Shown: positions 56,487 to 63,877 of the stretch, piece after piece | How positions within the stretch are numbered: position 1 is the first letter of the stretch | Layout of the letters: every line of letters begins with the position of its first letter | Source: a virus | Virus record (IMG/VR): IMGVR_UViG_3300018018_000001 | Span: 64,001-128,000 of that record | Direction: 5' to 3' (one strand) | Length of the DNA: 64,000 nucleotides | The notes under the pieces: model-generated | Database searches by the model: none | Told to the model about the DNA's origin: nothing | The model's input: the letters and a program-made list of their open reading frames with translations, nothing else | Made by a program: the position numbers and the translations under genes

Positions 56487-57116
56487 ATGATTATTTCTAA
56501 ACTTTGTGAATGTAATTGTGGCCAATATGCTAAACCTGGAAATAGATTTATTCTTGGTCATAATACAAAAGGGAAAAAGAATCTTACTCTCTCTGAAAGA
56601 AATAAGAAACGAAATATGAAGGGTGAGAATAACCCTATGTTTGGAAATAAAAATCCAATTCGTTCCGAAATGAATAAACAAAATGTGGGTGAAAAGAATC
56701 CTTGTTTTAAGAGAAAACATACTGAAGATGAATTAAGAAATCTTAGTAAGCTTAATAAAGGTAAAAAGAGACCTTATGTTTCCGAAAGAAATAAAAAATT
56801 GGTAGGTAACAAGAATCCAATATTTGGTAAGAAGGGTGAACTTAGTCCAAATTGGAAAGGAGGAATCTCTTTTGAACTTTATGGTCTTGGATTTAATAAA
56901 GAGTTAAAGAAATATATTAGAGAGAAATTTAATCATACTTGTGTTCTTTGCGGTGAGTTTGCAAAGATCCCCCATCATATAGATTATAATAAGAGGAATA
57001 ATCAGGAAGATAATTTTGTCCTTTTATGTAATTCATGTAATTCCAAAGTTAATAAGAATAGAATCCAATGGGAAATTTATTTTAGATCATATATTCTAAG
57101 ATTAAAGGAGGAATAA
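56487..57116 (+). CDS. HNH homing endonuclease with NUMOD3
   Basis: CECNCGQ; WKGGIS; CVLCG...HHIDYNK.NN..N...LC..CN. Confidence 0.88.
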   Translation: MIISKLCECNCGQYAKPGNRFILGHNTKGKKNLTLSERNKKRNMKGENNPMFGNKNPIRSEMNKQNVGEKNPCFKRKHTEDELRNLSKLNKGKKRPYVSERNKKLVGNKNPIFGKKGELSPNWKGGISFELYGLGFNKELKKYIREKFNHTCVLCGEFAKIPHHIDYNKRNNQEDNFVLLCNSCNSKVNKNRIQWEIYFRSYILRLKEE

Positions 57117-57117
57117 A

Positions 57118-57324
57118 ATGCCAAGGGAAGTATTAAGAGATGAAGTAGAACATGTGGAATTAGAGGTAAGTCAACTGGAGAAAGAGCGGAAAGAACTCAA
57201 TGCCGAAGCTGAATTTGAACTTGAGGTTGATTCCTTGACTTTTGAAATAGCGTGGTCCACAAATTTACCTTATGAAGAAGCCAGAAAACAGGCTCTTAAA
57301 AAATTAATGAGTAAGGGGGTTTAA
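57118..57324 (+). CDS. Hypothetical protein
   Basis: GGAGG SD. Confidence 0.6.
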   Translation: MPREVLRDEVEHVELEVSQLEKERKELNAEAEFELEVDSLTFEIAWSTNLPYEEARKQALKKLMSKGV

Positions 57325-57335
57325 GAGGAAGTAAC

Positions 57336-57518
57336 ATGGAGGCAATATATATTTATGTAAGTACGTTGTTCTTTATTTTTGCCGGATTCGTGGTTAAGTG
57401 GTCTGCAGGATGGGGGAATACGTTTGTAAGGTTTATCGCAATCCTGCTGGCTATCTCAGGGATAGTCTTATCCTTGGCTAAACTGGGGTTTATGCTTCCC
57501 CCTCTGATACATCCATAA
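57336..57518 (+). CDS. Small two-TM membrane protein
   Basis: Hydrophobic helices. Confidence 0.55.
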   Translation: MEAIYIYVSTLFFIFAGFVVKWSAGWGNTFVRFIAILLAISGIVLSLAKLGFMLPPLIHP

Positions 57519-57532
57519 GGAGAAAAATCACT

Positions 57533-57880
57533 ATGAAATTTGCAAGTCCAGAACAATACCTTACCGCAGGATGCCTTTTCTTGGTGGGAGAAAAAAAGAA
57601 CCAAACAATATTCAATGGTCTTCATGAAAATACAAATGGAAGTATCTGTGAGACTGGTTGCGCCTACATTGATAAATGCCAGGCTTATAGGATTCTTTCC
57701 TCAAGGCTCACTGAAACCCCTGAGGAAAAGAAAATACCCATGCCTACCAATGCCCAGATAGCCGCTAAGCTGGGGGTAACAAAAAGGCAGGTGTCCAAGA
57801 TGAGAATCAAAGGAACTCTTAAGGCTGAAATCCTTAAGAGGGGTTTGGAAAACGAATTTAGTAATCTATCACTGATTTAG
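57533..57880 (+). CDS. Protein with C-terminal HTH
   Basis: TNAQIAAKLGVTKRQVSKMR. Confidence 0.6.
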   Translation: MKFASPEQYLTAGCLFLVGEKKNQTIFNGLHENTNGSICETGCAYIDKCQAYRILSSRLTETPEEKKIPMPTNAQIAAKLGVTKRQVSKMRIKGTLKAEILKRGLENEFSNLSLI

Positions 57881-58010
57881 TGGATTCTCAGGAATACCTA
57901 GAAGGTGAGAAAACGGGATGGGAACCGGAGACCCAGAATAACTACTCGAAGGGCTGATTCCCGTATCTGTAGGTCCTTTATCCCTGTGATTTCCTATTAG
58001 AGGGTAGAAT

Positions 58011-58091
58011 GATAAGGTAGCCCAGTGGGGAAGGGCAGCAGACTGTAAATTTGTGGCTTCGGCTGTGTAGGTTCAAATCCTACCCTTATCA
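58011..58091 (+). tRNA. trnY: tRNA-Tyr (GTA), CCA not encoded
   Basis: Acceptor GATAAGG/CCTTATC, D stem GCCC/GGGC, anticodon loop CTGTAAA, long variable arm, T arm GTAGG-TTCAAAT-CCTAC. Confidence 0.92.
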
Positions 58092-58108
58092 TTCTGCTCT
58101 TTATTTAA

Positions 58109-58123
58109 TGACATTTTATGTCA
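58109..58123. promoter_or_regulatory. Palindromic operator-like site
   Basis: tgacattttatgtca, the exact reverse complement of 58849-58863. Confidence 0.65.
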
Positions 58124-58137
58124 CCATTAAAAAATAA

Positions 58138-58165
58138 CTAAACTTTTTCCAGGAATAGCCGATAA
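58138..58165 (+). promoter_or_regulatory. Sigma-28-type promoter
   Basis: CTAAA-N15-GCCGATAA. Confidence 0.8.
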
Positions 58166-58203
58166 GATATTTAGAGGCAAGAAAATAACAAGGAGGTAAG
58201 AGA

Positions 58204-58353
58204 GTGAAGATTGTTAAACCCATCGGATACTTTGAGGACCATCGGCAGAAGAAGTTATTTCTGTTAGACAAAGCCACTTTAACCTTGACTCAGGTTCAGG
58301 AAACCATGTTTAAAAAGTGGAAGGCCATAATTGAGCAAAGGATGGAAAGGTAG
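58204..58353 (+). CDS. 49-aa protein (missing from the ORF track)
   Basis: AGGAGG SD, GTG start, VKIVKPIGYFEDH... Confidence 0.55.
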   Translation: MKIVKPIGYFEDHRQKKLFLLDKATLTLTQVQETMFKKWKAIIEQRMER

Positions 58354-58357
58354 GAAT

Positions 58358-58870
58358 TTGAAAGAGATTCCTCTAATCCCATTAGTCCCTGAAATGGGCA
58401 ACCAAAAAGCGATTGTTGACGATGAGGATTATGATCGTCTTATAAAATACAAGTGGTATTTGAATGCTCAGGGATACGCAGTCCGGTATATTGAGAAGGA
58501 TGGGAAGCGGGTCTACATCCGTATGCACAGGGAAATCTTTAATACCCCTGAAGGTTTGGATACTGACCATAAAGAGAGGAATAATAGGACAGACAACAGG
58601 AAGGAAAATCTGAGGTCATGTACCCGTGGGGATAATTCAAAAAATTCTAACCCTTGGAGTACTGACAGTAAATTTTGCTCTATTTATAAGGGAGTTACCT
58701 GGCATAATAGGAAAAAACATCCTTGGGTAGCAAGGATTAGGGTTAATAGGAAATATATTCATCTTGGGGTATTCAAAACAGAGATTGAGGCTGCTTTAGC
58801 CTATAATGAGGCAGCCAGGAAGTATTTTAAAGAGTTTGCCTACCAAAATGACATAAAATGTCAACCTTAA
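58358..58870 (+). CDS. HNH-AP2 homing endonuclease
   Basis: MHREIF...TDH..N.TDNRKENLR; YKGV.W...W.A.I......LG.F.TE.EAA.AYN. Confidence 0.92.
   Translation: MKEIPLIPLVPEMGNQKAIVDDEDYDRLIKYKWYLNAQGYAVRYIEKDGKRVYIRMHREIFNTPEGLDTDHKERNNRTDNRKENLRSCTRGDNSKNSNPWSTDSKFCSIYKGVTWHNRKKHPWVARIRVNRKYIHLGVFKTEIEAALAYNEAARKYFKEFAYQNDIKCQP
58849..58863. promoter_or_regulatory. Palindromic operator-like site
   Basis: tgacataaaatgtca, 13 bp upstream of CTAAA. Confidence 0.65.
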
Positions 58871-58876
58871 AAATAA

Positions 58877-58904
58877 CTAAACTTTTTCTAACTTCTGTCG
58901 ATAA
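58877..58904 (+). promoter_or_regulatory. Sigma-28-type promoter
   Basis: CTAAA-N15-GTCGATAA. Confidence 0.75.
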
Positions 58905-58949
58905 GATCTATAGAAGTAAGCAAAATAAAAGACAAAGGAGGGTACTACA

Positions 58950-59312
58950 ATTTCTCATACAATGAACATCAGAACTGAGATAAGGGACCGGATAGCTCTT
59001 GAAGCTGCCTGTAAGGAATTGGGCATCAAGATCCTTGAAGGTAATAGCCACCATCTTTATGGTGGAACTGAATATGGAATTGGCCTTAAAATCCCTGGCT
59101 GGAATTACCCGGTAGTAGTCAAGGATAATGGGACCTTGGCCTTTGACGATTATAAAGGGTCTTGGGGTAACAAGCAGGACCTTACCAAACTTATGGCCTA
59201 TTATGGCCTTGAGAAGTCTAAGGCTGAAGCTGAGGATCAGGGTTACACAGTAGAGGAAAGTTATAATTCCCAAACTCAAGAATTAGAACTTGAAATCACA
59301 GTGGAGGAATAA
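58950..59312 (+). CDS. DUF1257 (Ycf35-like) protein; probable ATT start at 58950
   Basis: (M)SHTMNIRTEIRDRIALEAACKELG; AGGAGGG SD 7 nt before ATT. Confidence 0.75.
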   Translation: MSHTMNIRTEIRDRIALEAACKELGIKILEGNSHHLYGGTEYGIGLKIPGWNYPVVVKDNGTLAFDDYKGSWGNKQDLTKLMAYYGLEKSKAEAEDQGYTVEESYNSQTQELELEITVEE

Positions 59313-59314
59313 TC

Positions 59315-59521
59315 ATGTCTAAAAAAATCAAAATGAGATTTGATCTGAGAACGGGAGAAATAAAGGTGGAAGCAGAAGGATTTATAGGCCCTTCTTGCCA
59401 AAAGGCCACTGAATTTCTTAAAAATACCCTTGGGGAAGTAACCGATTTTACCCAAAAATCGGAATGGTTCGAAGAAAACCTTCAGTTATCTGGCTGTATT
59501 GATACTGATCTTTGTGGGTAA
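59315..59521 (+). CDS. DUF2997-like protein
   Basis: GEIKVEAEGFIGPSCQKATEFL...LG. Confidence 0.8.
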   Translation: MSKKIKMRFDLRTGEIKVEAEGFIGPSCQKATEFLKNTLGEVTDFTQKSEWFEENLQLSGCIDTDLCG

Positions 59522-59524
59522 GAT

Positions 59525-60148
59525 ATGAATATTTGTGATCATGGTTGCGGACAAGAAGCTAAGTATTATTCTCAACAAACTAAAAAATGGCGTTGTAGTA
59601 AATGGCCTAGCTCTTGCCCAGAACTTAGAAGAAAAGATAGTGAGTCCCATAAAAAGCCTAAACCAGATCTTAAATTATGTGAATGTGGCTGTGGGAATTT
59701 TGCTAAGCCGGGTAAGAGATTTATACATTGGCATCATACAAGAGGAAAGAAAAGACTTGACTTGGCTGGCAAAAAAAGACCAGATCATTCTATCAAAATG
59801 ACAGGTGAAGGAAATCCAAGGTTTGGCCAACCTGGTTATTGGAGAGATAAAAATAGGCCAGAATTTTCTGGTGAAAATCATCCTAATTGGCAAGGTGGCG
59901 TCTCTTTTGAACCTTATTCTCCTAAATTTAATAAACAATTTAAGACTATAATAAGAGAAAGAGATAATTACACTTGTCAACTATGTGGAGAATATGGAAA
60001 CTTTGTTCACCACATAGATTACAACAAGGAAAATACCAATCCTAATAATGCATTAACTTTATGCAATCCCGATAATTCTAAGGTAAATTTCAATAGGGAC
60101 CAGTGGGAAACTTATTTTAGGCTTTATTTATTGATAAAAAAGAACTAA
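59525..60148 (+). CDS. HNH homing endonuclease with two zinc-finger modules
   Basis: CDHGCGQ, CECGCG, WQGGVS, CQLCG...HHIDYNK..N...LC..N. Confidence 0.88.
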   Translation: MNICDHGCGQEAKYYSQQTKKWRCSKWPSSCPELRRKDSESHKKPKPDLKLCECGCGNFAKPGKRFIHWHHTRGKKRLDLAGKKRPDHSIKMTGEGNPRFGQPGYWRDKNRPEFSGENHPNWQGGVSFEPYSPKFNKQFKTIIRERDNYTCQLCGEYGNFVHHIDYNKENTNPNNALTLCNPDNSKVNFNRDQWETYFRLYLLIKKN

Positions 60149-60172
60149 AGTTTTTTAAAAAACTGACGATAA
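60145..60172 (+). promoter_or_regulatory. Sigma-28-type promoter
   Basis: CTAAAGTTT-N11-GACGATAA. Confidence 0.75.
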
Positions 60173-60199
60173 GATATATAAACAAAAGGAGGAAACAAA

Positions 60200-61060
60200 A
60201 TGGAAACTAACATGCAGGAAAGGGTACTTGTTGTAAGACTACATATTAGTAGATGGTGTCCCTGGGGTTACGATCAAAAAAAGGCTGCAGAGGTAGCTAC
60301 CCAAGAGGGTTCCAAGAAGGAAGATACCCATGTTACCAAGCGGAAAATCAGCAAAGATGCCCTGAAGGATATCAATGATTTGCTGAATCAGGCTTATACC
60401 TATCATATCAGTGTCACGATGCCCTCAGGTGCTGATGGAGATCGGCTGATTACTACCGACCTCTACACCGAATATTGCACCAAGATGAATGAGTTTGAAA
60501 CCAAGATACCGGCAGCTTTGGATAAATTCCTTTCTGAATATCCCACGTGGAAAGAAGAAGCCAGGACCCGCCTCCAGGGATTATTCAAGGAAACCGATTA
60601 TCCCTCAGTGGAAGAAGTCAAGAAGAAATTTTCTATCCGCTATTCTTTCCTGCCTCTCCCCTCAGTCAATAACATTGTGGTCAAGTTAGTCAACGGGGAT
60701 TTGGCCAACGTCCGTAAGAACGTGGAAGAGGAAATGTCTAAGATGTCCGAAATCGCCATGAAAAGCCTGTGGGACAAAACCTATGATGCAGTGGCTCACA
60801 TGGCAGAGATCCTTGGTTCTGATGCCCGTTTACACAAGTCCATGCTGGACAACATGAATGGTCTTTGTAATGTCCTGAAGTCCCTGAATTTCACCAACAA
60901 CCCTGAATTGGAAGAGATGAGGTTAAAGATTTCAGTCCGTTTGGTTGGCCTTGACCCCAATGACCTTCGTAAATCCAGGAGTGTTAGAGAGGAGGTGGCC
61001 CGGGAAGCCAAGTCAATAGCTTTGGAAATATCACAGAAACGTATGATTCGCCTTGAGTAG
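60200..61060 (+). CDS. DUF3150-like protein
   Basis: FLSEYP...EAR.RL.GLF..DYPS..EV.KKF pattern. Confidence 0.6.
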   Translation: METNMQERVLVVRLHISRWCPWGYDQKKAAEVATQEGSKKEDTHVTKRKISKDALKDINDLLNQAYTYHISVTMPSGADGDRLITTDLYTEYCTKMNEFETKIPAALDKFLSEYPTWKEEARTRLQGLFKETDYPSVEEVKKKFSIRYSFLPLPSVNNIVVKLVNGDLANVRKNVEEEMSKMSEIAMKSLWDKTYDAVAHMAEILGSDARLHKSMLDNMNGLCNVLKSLNFTNNPELEEMRLKISVRLVGLDPNDLRKSRSVREEVAREAKSIALEISQKRMIRLE

Positions 61061-61367
61061 TTTACTGAGTATGGGGAGGGGCCTCCAGAGGTCTCTCAAG
61101 AGGGTATCCCCTTCAGTACCAAAGGATTTGCCCCTCCCCATTTTTTTAGACCAATTTAAAGATGCATTCGATAGGGAGGAACACCTTGTTTCGGCTATTA
61201 AGCAATACCTCAGGACAGAAGAACAGAGGAAATGGCTTTATGATCATGATCTTTCAATTGAGGATTGTTTGAATGGAAGGTATCCTGGGGATCTTGAAGA
61301 AGAAGTGGCTGAGGTTTTATATAAACCCTGGAATGAGATTTTAGGATTTCGTGAGTTTGGATCTTAA
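61053..61367 (+). CDS. Hypothetical protein
   Basis: In-operon ORF; start uncertain. Confidence 0.45.
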   Translation: MSSLLSMGRGLQRSLKRVSPSVPKDLPLPIFLDQFKDAFDREEHLVSAIKQYLRTEEQRKWLYDHDLSIEDCLNGRYPGDLEEEVAEVLYKPWNEILGFREFGS

Positions 61368-61369
61368 CA

Positions 61370-61567
61370 ATGTTTTCTTATATTTTTTATATATCTCTTG
61401 GAATAATTCTTATACTGGGAGTAATAGTTATTCCGATTTATGTGAATTTGTCTGAGTCTATTAAAGAAGAGTTAGAAAAGTTAGTTAAAACATCAGAGAG
61501 GATTAAAAATATTCCAAAAGAGGTTACAAAAAATCCAAAGATAGATCGTAAGATCAGATTGGACTAA
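61370..61567 (+). CDS. Small membrane protein
   Basis: N-terminal TM. Confidence 0.5.
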   Translation: MFSYIFYISLGIILILGVIVIPIYVNLSESIKEELEKLVKTSERIKNIPKEVTKNPKIDRKIRLD

Positions 61568-61580
61568 AAAGGAGAATGAA

Positions 61581-61874
61581 ATGGCAAAGAGACCCACTTT
61601 GAAAGACAAAATTGAGGAAGTCAAGAAACTGAAGGAAATGAAACCTCATGTGCTCAGGCAGAGTATATTTGGGGATGACCATCATGCCGCTATTGACGCC
61701 CAGATTGAAGTCATAGATGAATACATGGGACAGGATGACATTGAAGATAGATTCAGTGGTGAGCCAGAAAATGTTTACACAGCGGCTATGGATGCAGCCA
61801 TATGGTTAGAGGGGGAAGAGATAGACGATTTTACAACCCCATCCGAATCCTGGAAAGAACTGGTGAGGATATGA
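61581..61874 (+). CDS. Hypothetical acidic protein
   Basis: GGAG SD. Confidence 0.6.
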   Translation: MAKRPTLKDKIEEVKKLKEMKPHVLRQSIFGDDHHAAIDAQIEVIDEYMGQDDIEDRFSGEPENVYTAAMDAAIWLEGEEIDDFTTPSESWKELVRI

Positions 61875-62116
61875 TAACAAATGCATTTCGACTTCAACCG
61901 CAAGAAACACCAGGAGGGATTGAAGATGTTATTATATTTATTATCATGTGGTTTATTTTTGTTGCAATATATCTTCTCCCGACCATTGTTTCTGTCATAA
62001 GAAAACACAGGAACATGACCGCTATCTTTATCCTGAATGTCTTACTTGGTTGGACATTCTTTGGGTGGGTAGTTGCTCTTATTTGGTCAGTATTTAAAGA
62101 AAAACCAAAAGATTAA
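61871..62116 (+). CDS. imm: Superinfection immunity protein (T4 Imm-like)
   Basis: YLLPTIVS.IRKH.N..AIFILN.LLGWT..GW..AL.WS. Confidence 0.88.
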   Translation: MITNAFRLQPQETPGGIEDVIIFIIMWFIFVAIYLLPTIVSVIRKHRNMTAIFILNVLLGWTFFGWVVALIWSVFKEKPKD

Positions 62117-62484
62117 TGATAACACTAAATGAAGCTATAAAGCTTTTGAATAAATATGCACCTTTGGGAACCCCGGAAGAGATTGAGAGGGCCATATACA
62201 AAGCGGAAGAGATTATAGGTGAATATAAATCTTTGTGATCTCCTGAGGAAATACAGGAAGCTTTGGAAGGGGCTAGTAATCTTCTTGAAAGATATAAGAC
62301 TTTTGGAACCCCTGATGAGATTGAAGAGGCTTTTGATTTGGCCAAACAAGCCCTTGGGGATTTAAAAAGCTTGGATGGATATTTAAAGAGTCAGGGGATA
62401 CAGACCCCAAGAGATCCAGTTATTCCCAAGACTGCCAAGGAAGTAATTGAAATGATTTCTAAAAGAAAGATCATTTTAGACTAA
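62116..62484 (+). pseudogene. Three-repeat (Y..LG.P.EI) protein with an in-frame TGA
   Basis: YAPLGTPEEI / YKSL*SPEEI / YKTFGTPDEI; TGA 62236-62238 sits where GGA is expected. Confidence 0.7.
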
Positions 62485-62509
62485 ACTTTTTTTGTCTTTC
62501 TGCCGATAA
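62481..62509 (+). promoter_or_regulatory. Sigma-28-type promoter
   Basis: CTAAA-N16-GCCGATAA. Confidence 0.8.
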
Positions 62510-62528
62510 GATAGTTAGAGAGGGAATT

Positions 62529-62717
62529 ATGAAAATAAGATGGGGAATTCAAATTAGGGATAAGGGACAGGTGGTTAGTATAAATCAATTCTTTTTGGAT
62601 ATCCCTGATGAAGAATTAGCAGTTTGTGAGACTACAGAGGAAAAGACTTCTTTGATTGAGTATTATGTAAATAAAGAATTTGAATGTAATTCCAATACTT
62701 TTTGGGAAGAAGTATGA
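62529..62717 (+). CDS. Hypothetical protein
   Basis: First ORF after the promoter. Confidence 0.55.
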   Translation: MKIRWGIQIRDKGQVVSINQFFLDIPDEELAVCETTEEKTSLIEYYVNKEFECNSNTFWEEV

Positions 62718-62830
62718 ATGTCATTAATACCATAAATGTCTATCCCCTTCTTGGATTATTGATACTGAGTGGTCTGTTAATCATCTATGGGATAGCCAAG
62801 ATAATAACCTATTTCATTAATAGGAGGTAA
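62714..62830 (+). CDS. 38-aa single-TM peptide (missing from the ORF track)
   Basis: ATGA overlap; MNVINTINVYPLLGLLILSGLLIIYGIAKIITYFINRR. Confidence 0.45.
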   Translation: MNVINTINVYPLLGLLILSGLLIIYGIAKIITYFINRR

Positions 62831-62832
62831 CT

Positions 62833-63048
62833 GTGTCAAGAGCATTGGTCTACAATAATGCTTCGTGTCTTAAATGTGATTGCATAGAGAAAAGAATGGT
62901 CAAGATTGGTGCTTTCATCATGTGTAACAAATGCTTTGCGGAGGAATTTATAACCTCTGATCCTGTCTGCCAAGAGCGTAAATTATATCTCAAATGGCTA
63001 GAGGTCTACAAAAATAAAATAGAGGAGGAAGAGAGGGGAAGGTCATGA
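62833..63048 (+). CDS. Small zinc-finger protein
   Basis: CLKC...CNKC; AGGAGG SD. Confidence 0.6.
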   Translation: MSRALVYNNASCLKCDCIEKRMVKIGAFIMCNKCFAEEFITSDPVCQERKLYLKWLEVYKNKIEEEERGRS

Positions 63049-63464
63049 AAATCAACGGGAAGATTACTCTTTTGTGTGAAGGGGATAGTGTAAAACTTGA
63101 ATTGCATGATGATGATTCCAGCATAACCTTTGTTAGGGTTGAGCTTACTACTAAACAGTTTACCCAAGCTTTGGGCAGACTGGCCCATACTCCATGTAAG
63201 TCAATGGAAGTTAGGGGCCTAGAGCGGGTAGGGACAAAAATGGAAAATAAGGAATTTATTTTTGAGGTTCCTGAGGAATTACCCTATGAGAGAGCAGAAC
63301 GTAACAAGATCCTTATTCCCATTTTGTATAAAATCATTCCTGAAAGTTGGATTGCTGATATGGGTTTCAATTCTCAGAATTCCTTCTTTATGAATAAGGG
63401 GAAAAATTTTGCCAGTACCACAATTAGGAGATGGGTTAAGATCCCCCTACCTGAAAAGGAATAG
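63045..63464 (+). CDS. Hypothetical protein
   Basis: In-operon ORF. Confidence 0.6.
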   Translation: MKINGKITLLCEGDSVKLELHDDDSSITFVRVELTTKQFTQALGRLAHTPCKSMEVRGLERVGTKMENKEFIFEVPEELPYERAERNKILIPILYKIIPESWIADMGFNSQNSFFMNKGKNFASTTIRRWVKIPLPEKE

Positions 63465-63469
63465 GGTAA

Positions 63470-63877
63470 ATGATTTTTGAGAAAACTAAAAATTCCTGTT
63501 TGTTCCTGGGGGATTCTATAGAAGTCATGAGGGATAATTTCCCCTCTAATTCCATTGATGGGATAGTTTGTGATCCCCCCTATGGACTAAAATTTATGGG
63601 TAAAGGATGGGATTATGGGATTCCGGGGATTCCCTATTGGACTGAAATACTTAGAGTGGCCAAGCCCGGGGCATACCTTTTAGCCTTTGGGGGAACCCGT
63701 AAGTATCATAGGCTTGCTTGTGCTATAGAGGATGCTGGTTTTGAGATAAGAGACTGTTTAATGTGGGTATATGGGTCTGGATTCCCCAAGTCCATGGACA
63801 TAAGCAAGGCGATTAAAAAGGATATAGAGGACCAATTAAGAACTCAGGGAGTAATAGGAGAAATTCAGTGGAAATAA
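63470..63877 (+). CDS. N6-A/N4-C DNA methyltransferase, N-terminal catalytic half only
   Basis: DPPY, LRVAKPGA, W.YGSGFPKS; no FxGxG SAM-binding motif before the stop. Confidence 0.8.
   Translation: MIFEKTKNSCLFLGDSIEVMRDNFPSNSIDGIVCDPPYGLKFMGKGWDYGIPGIPYWTEILRVAKPGAYLLAFGGTRKYHRLACAIEDAGFEIRDCLMWVYGSGFPKSMDISKAIKKDIEDQLRTQGVIGEIQWK

Noticed and set aside
57873-57967. Hammerhead ribozyme upstream of the tRNA
   Set aside because: CTGATTT does not match CUGANGA, and the GAAA core is out of register with the candidate stem III.
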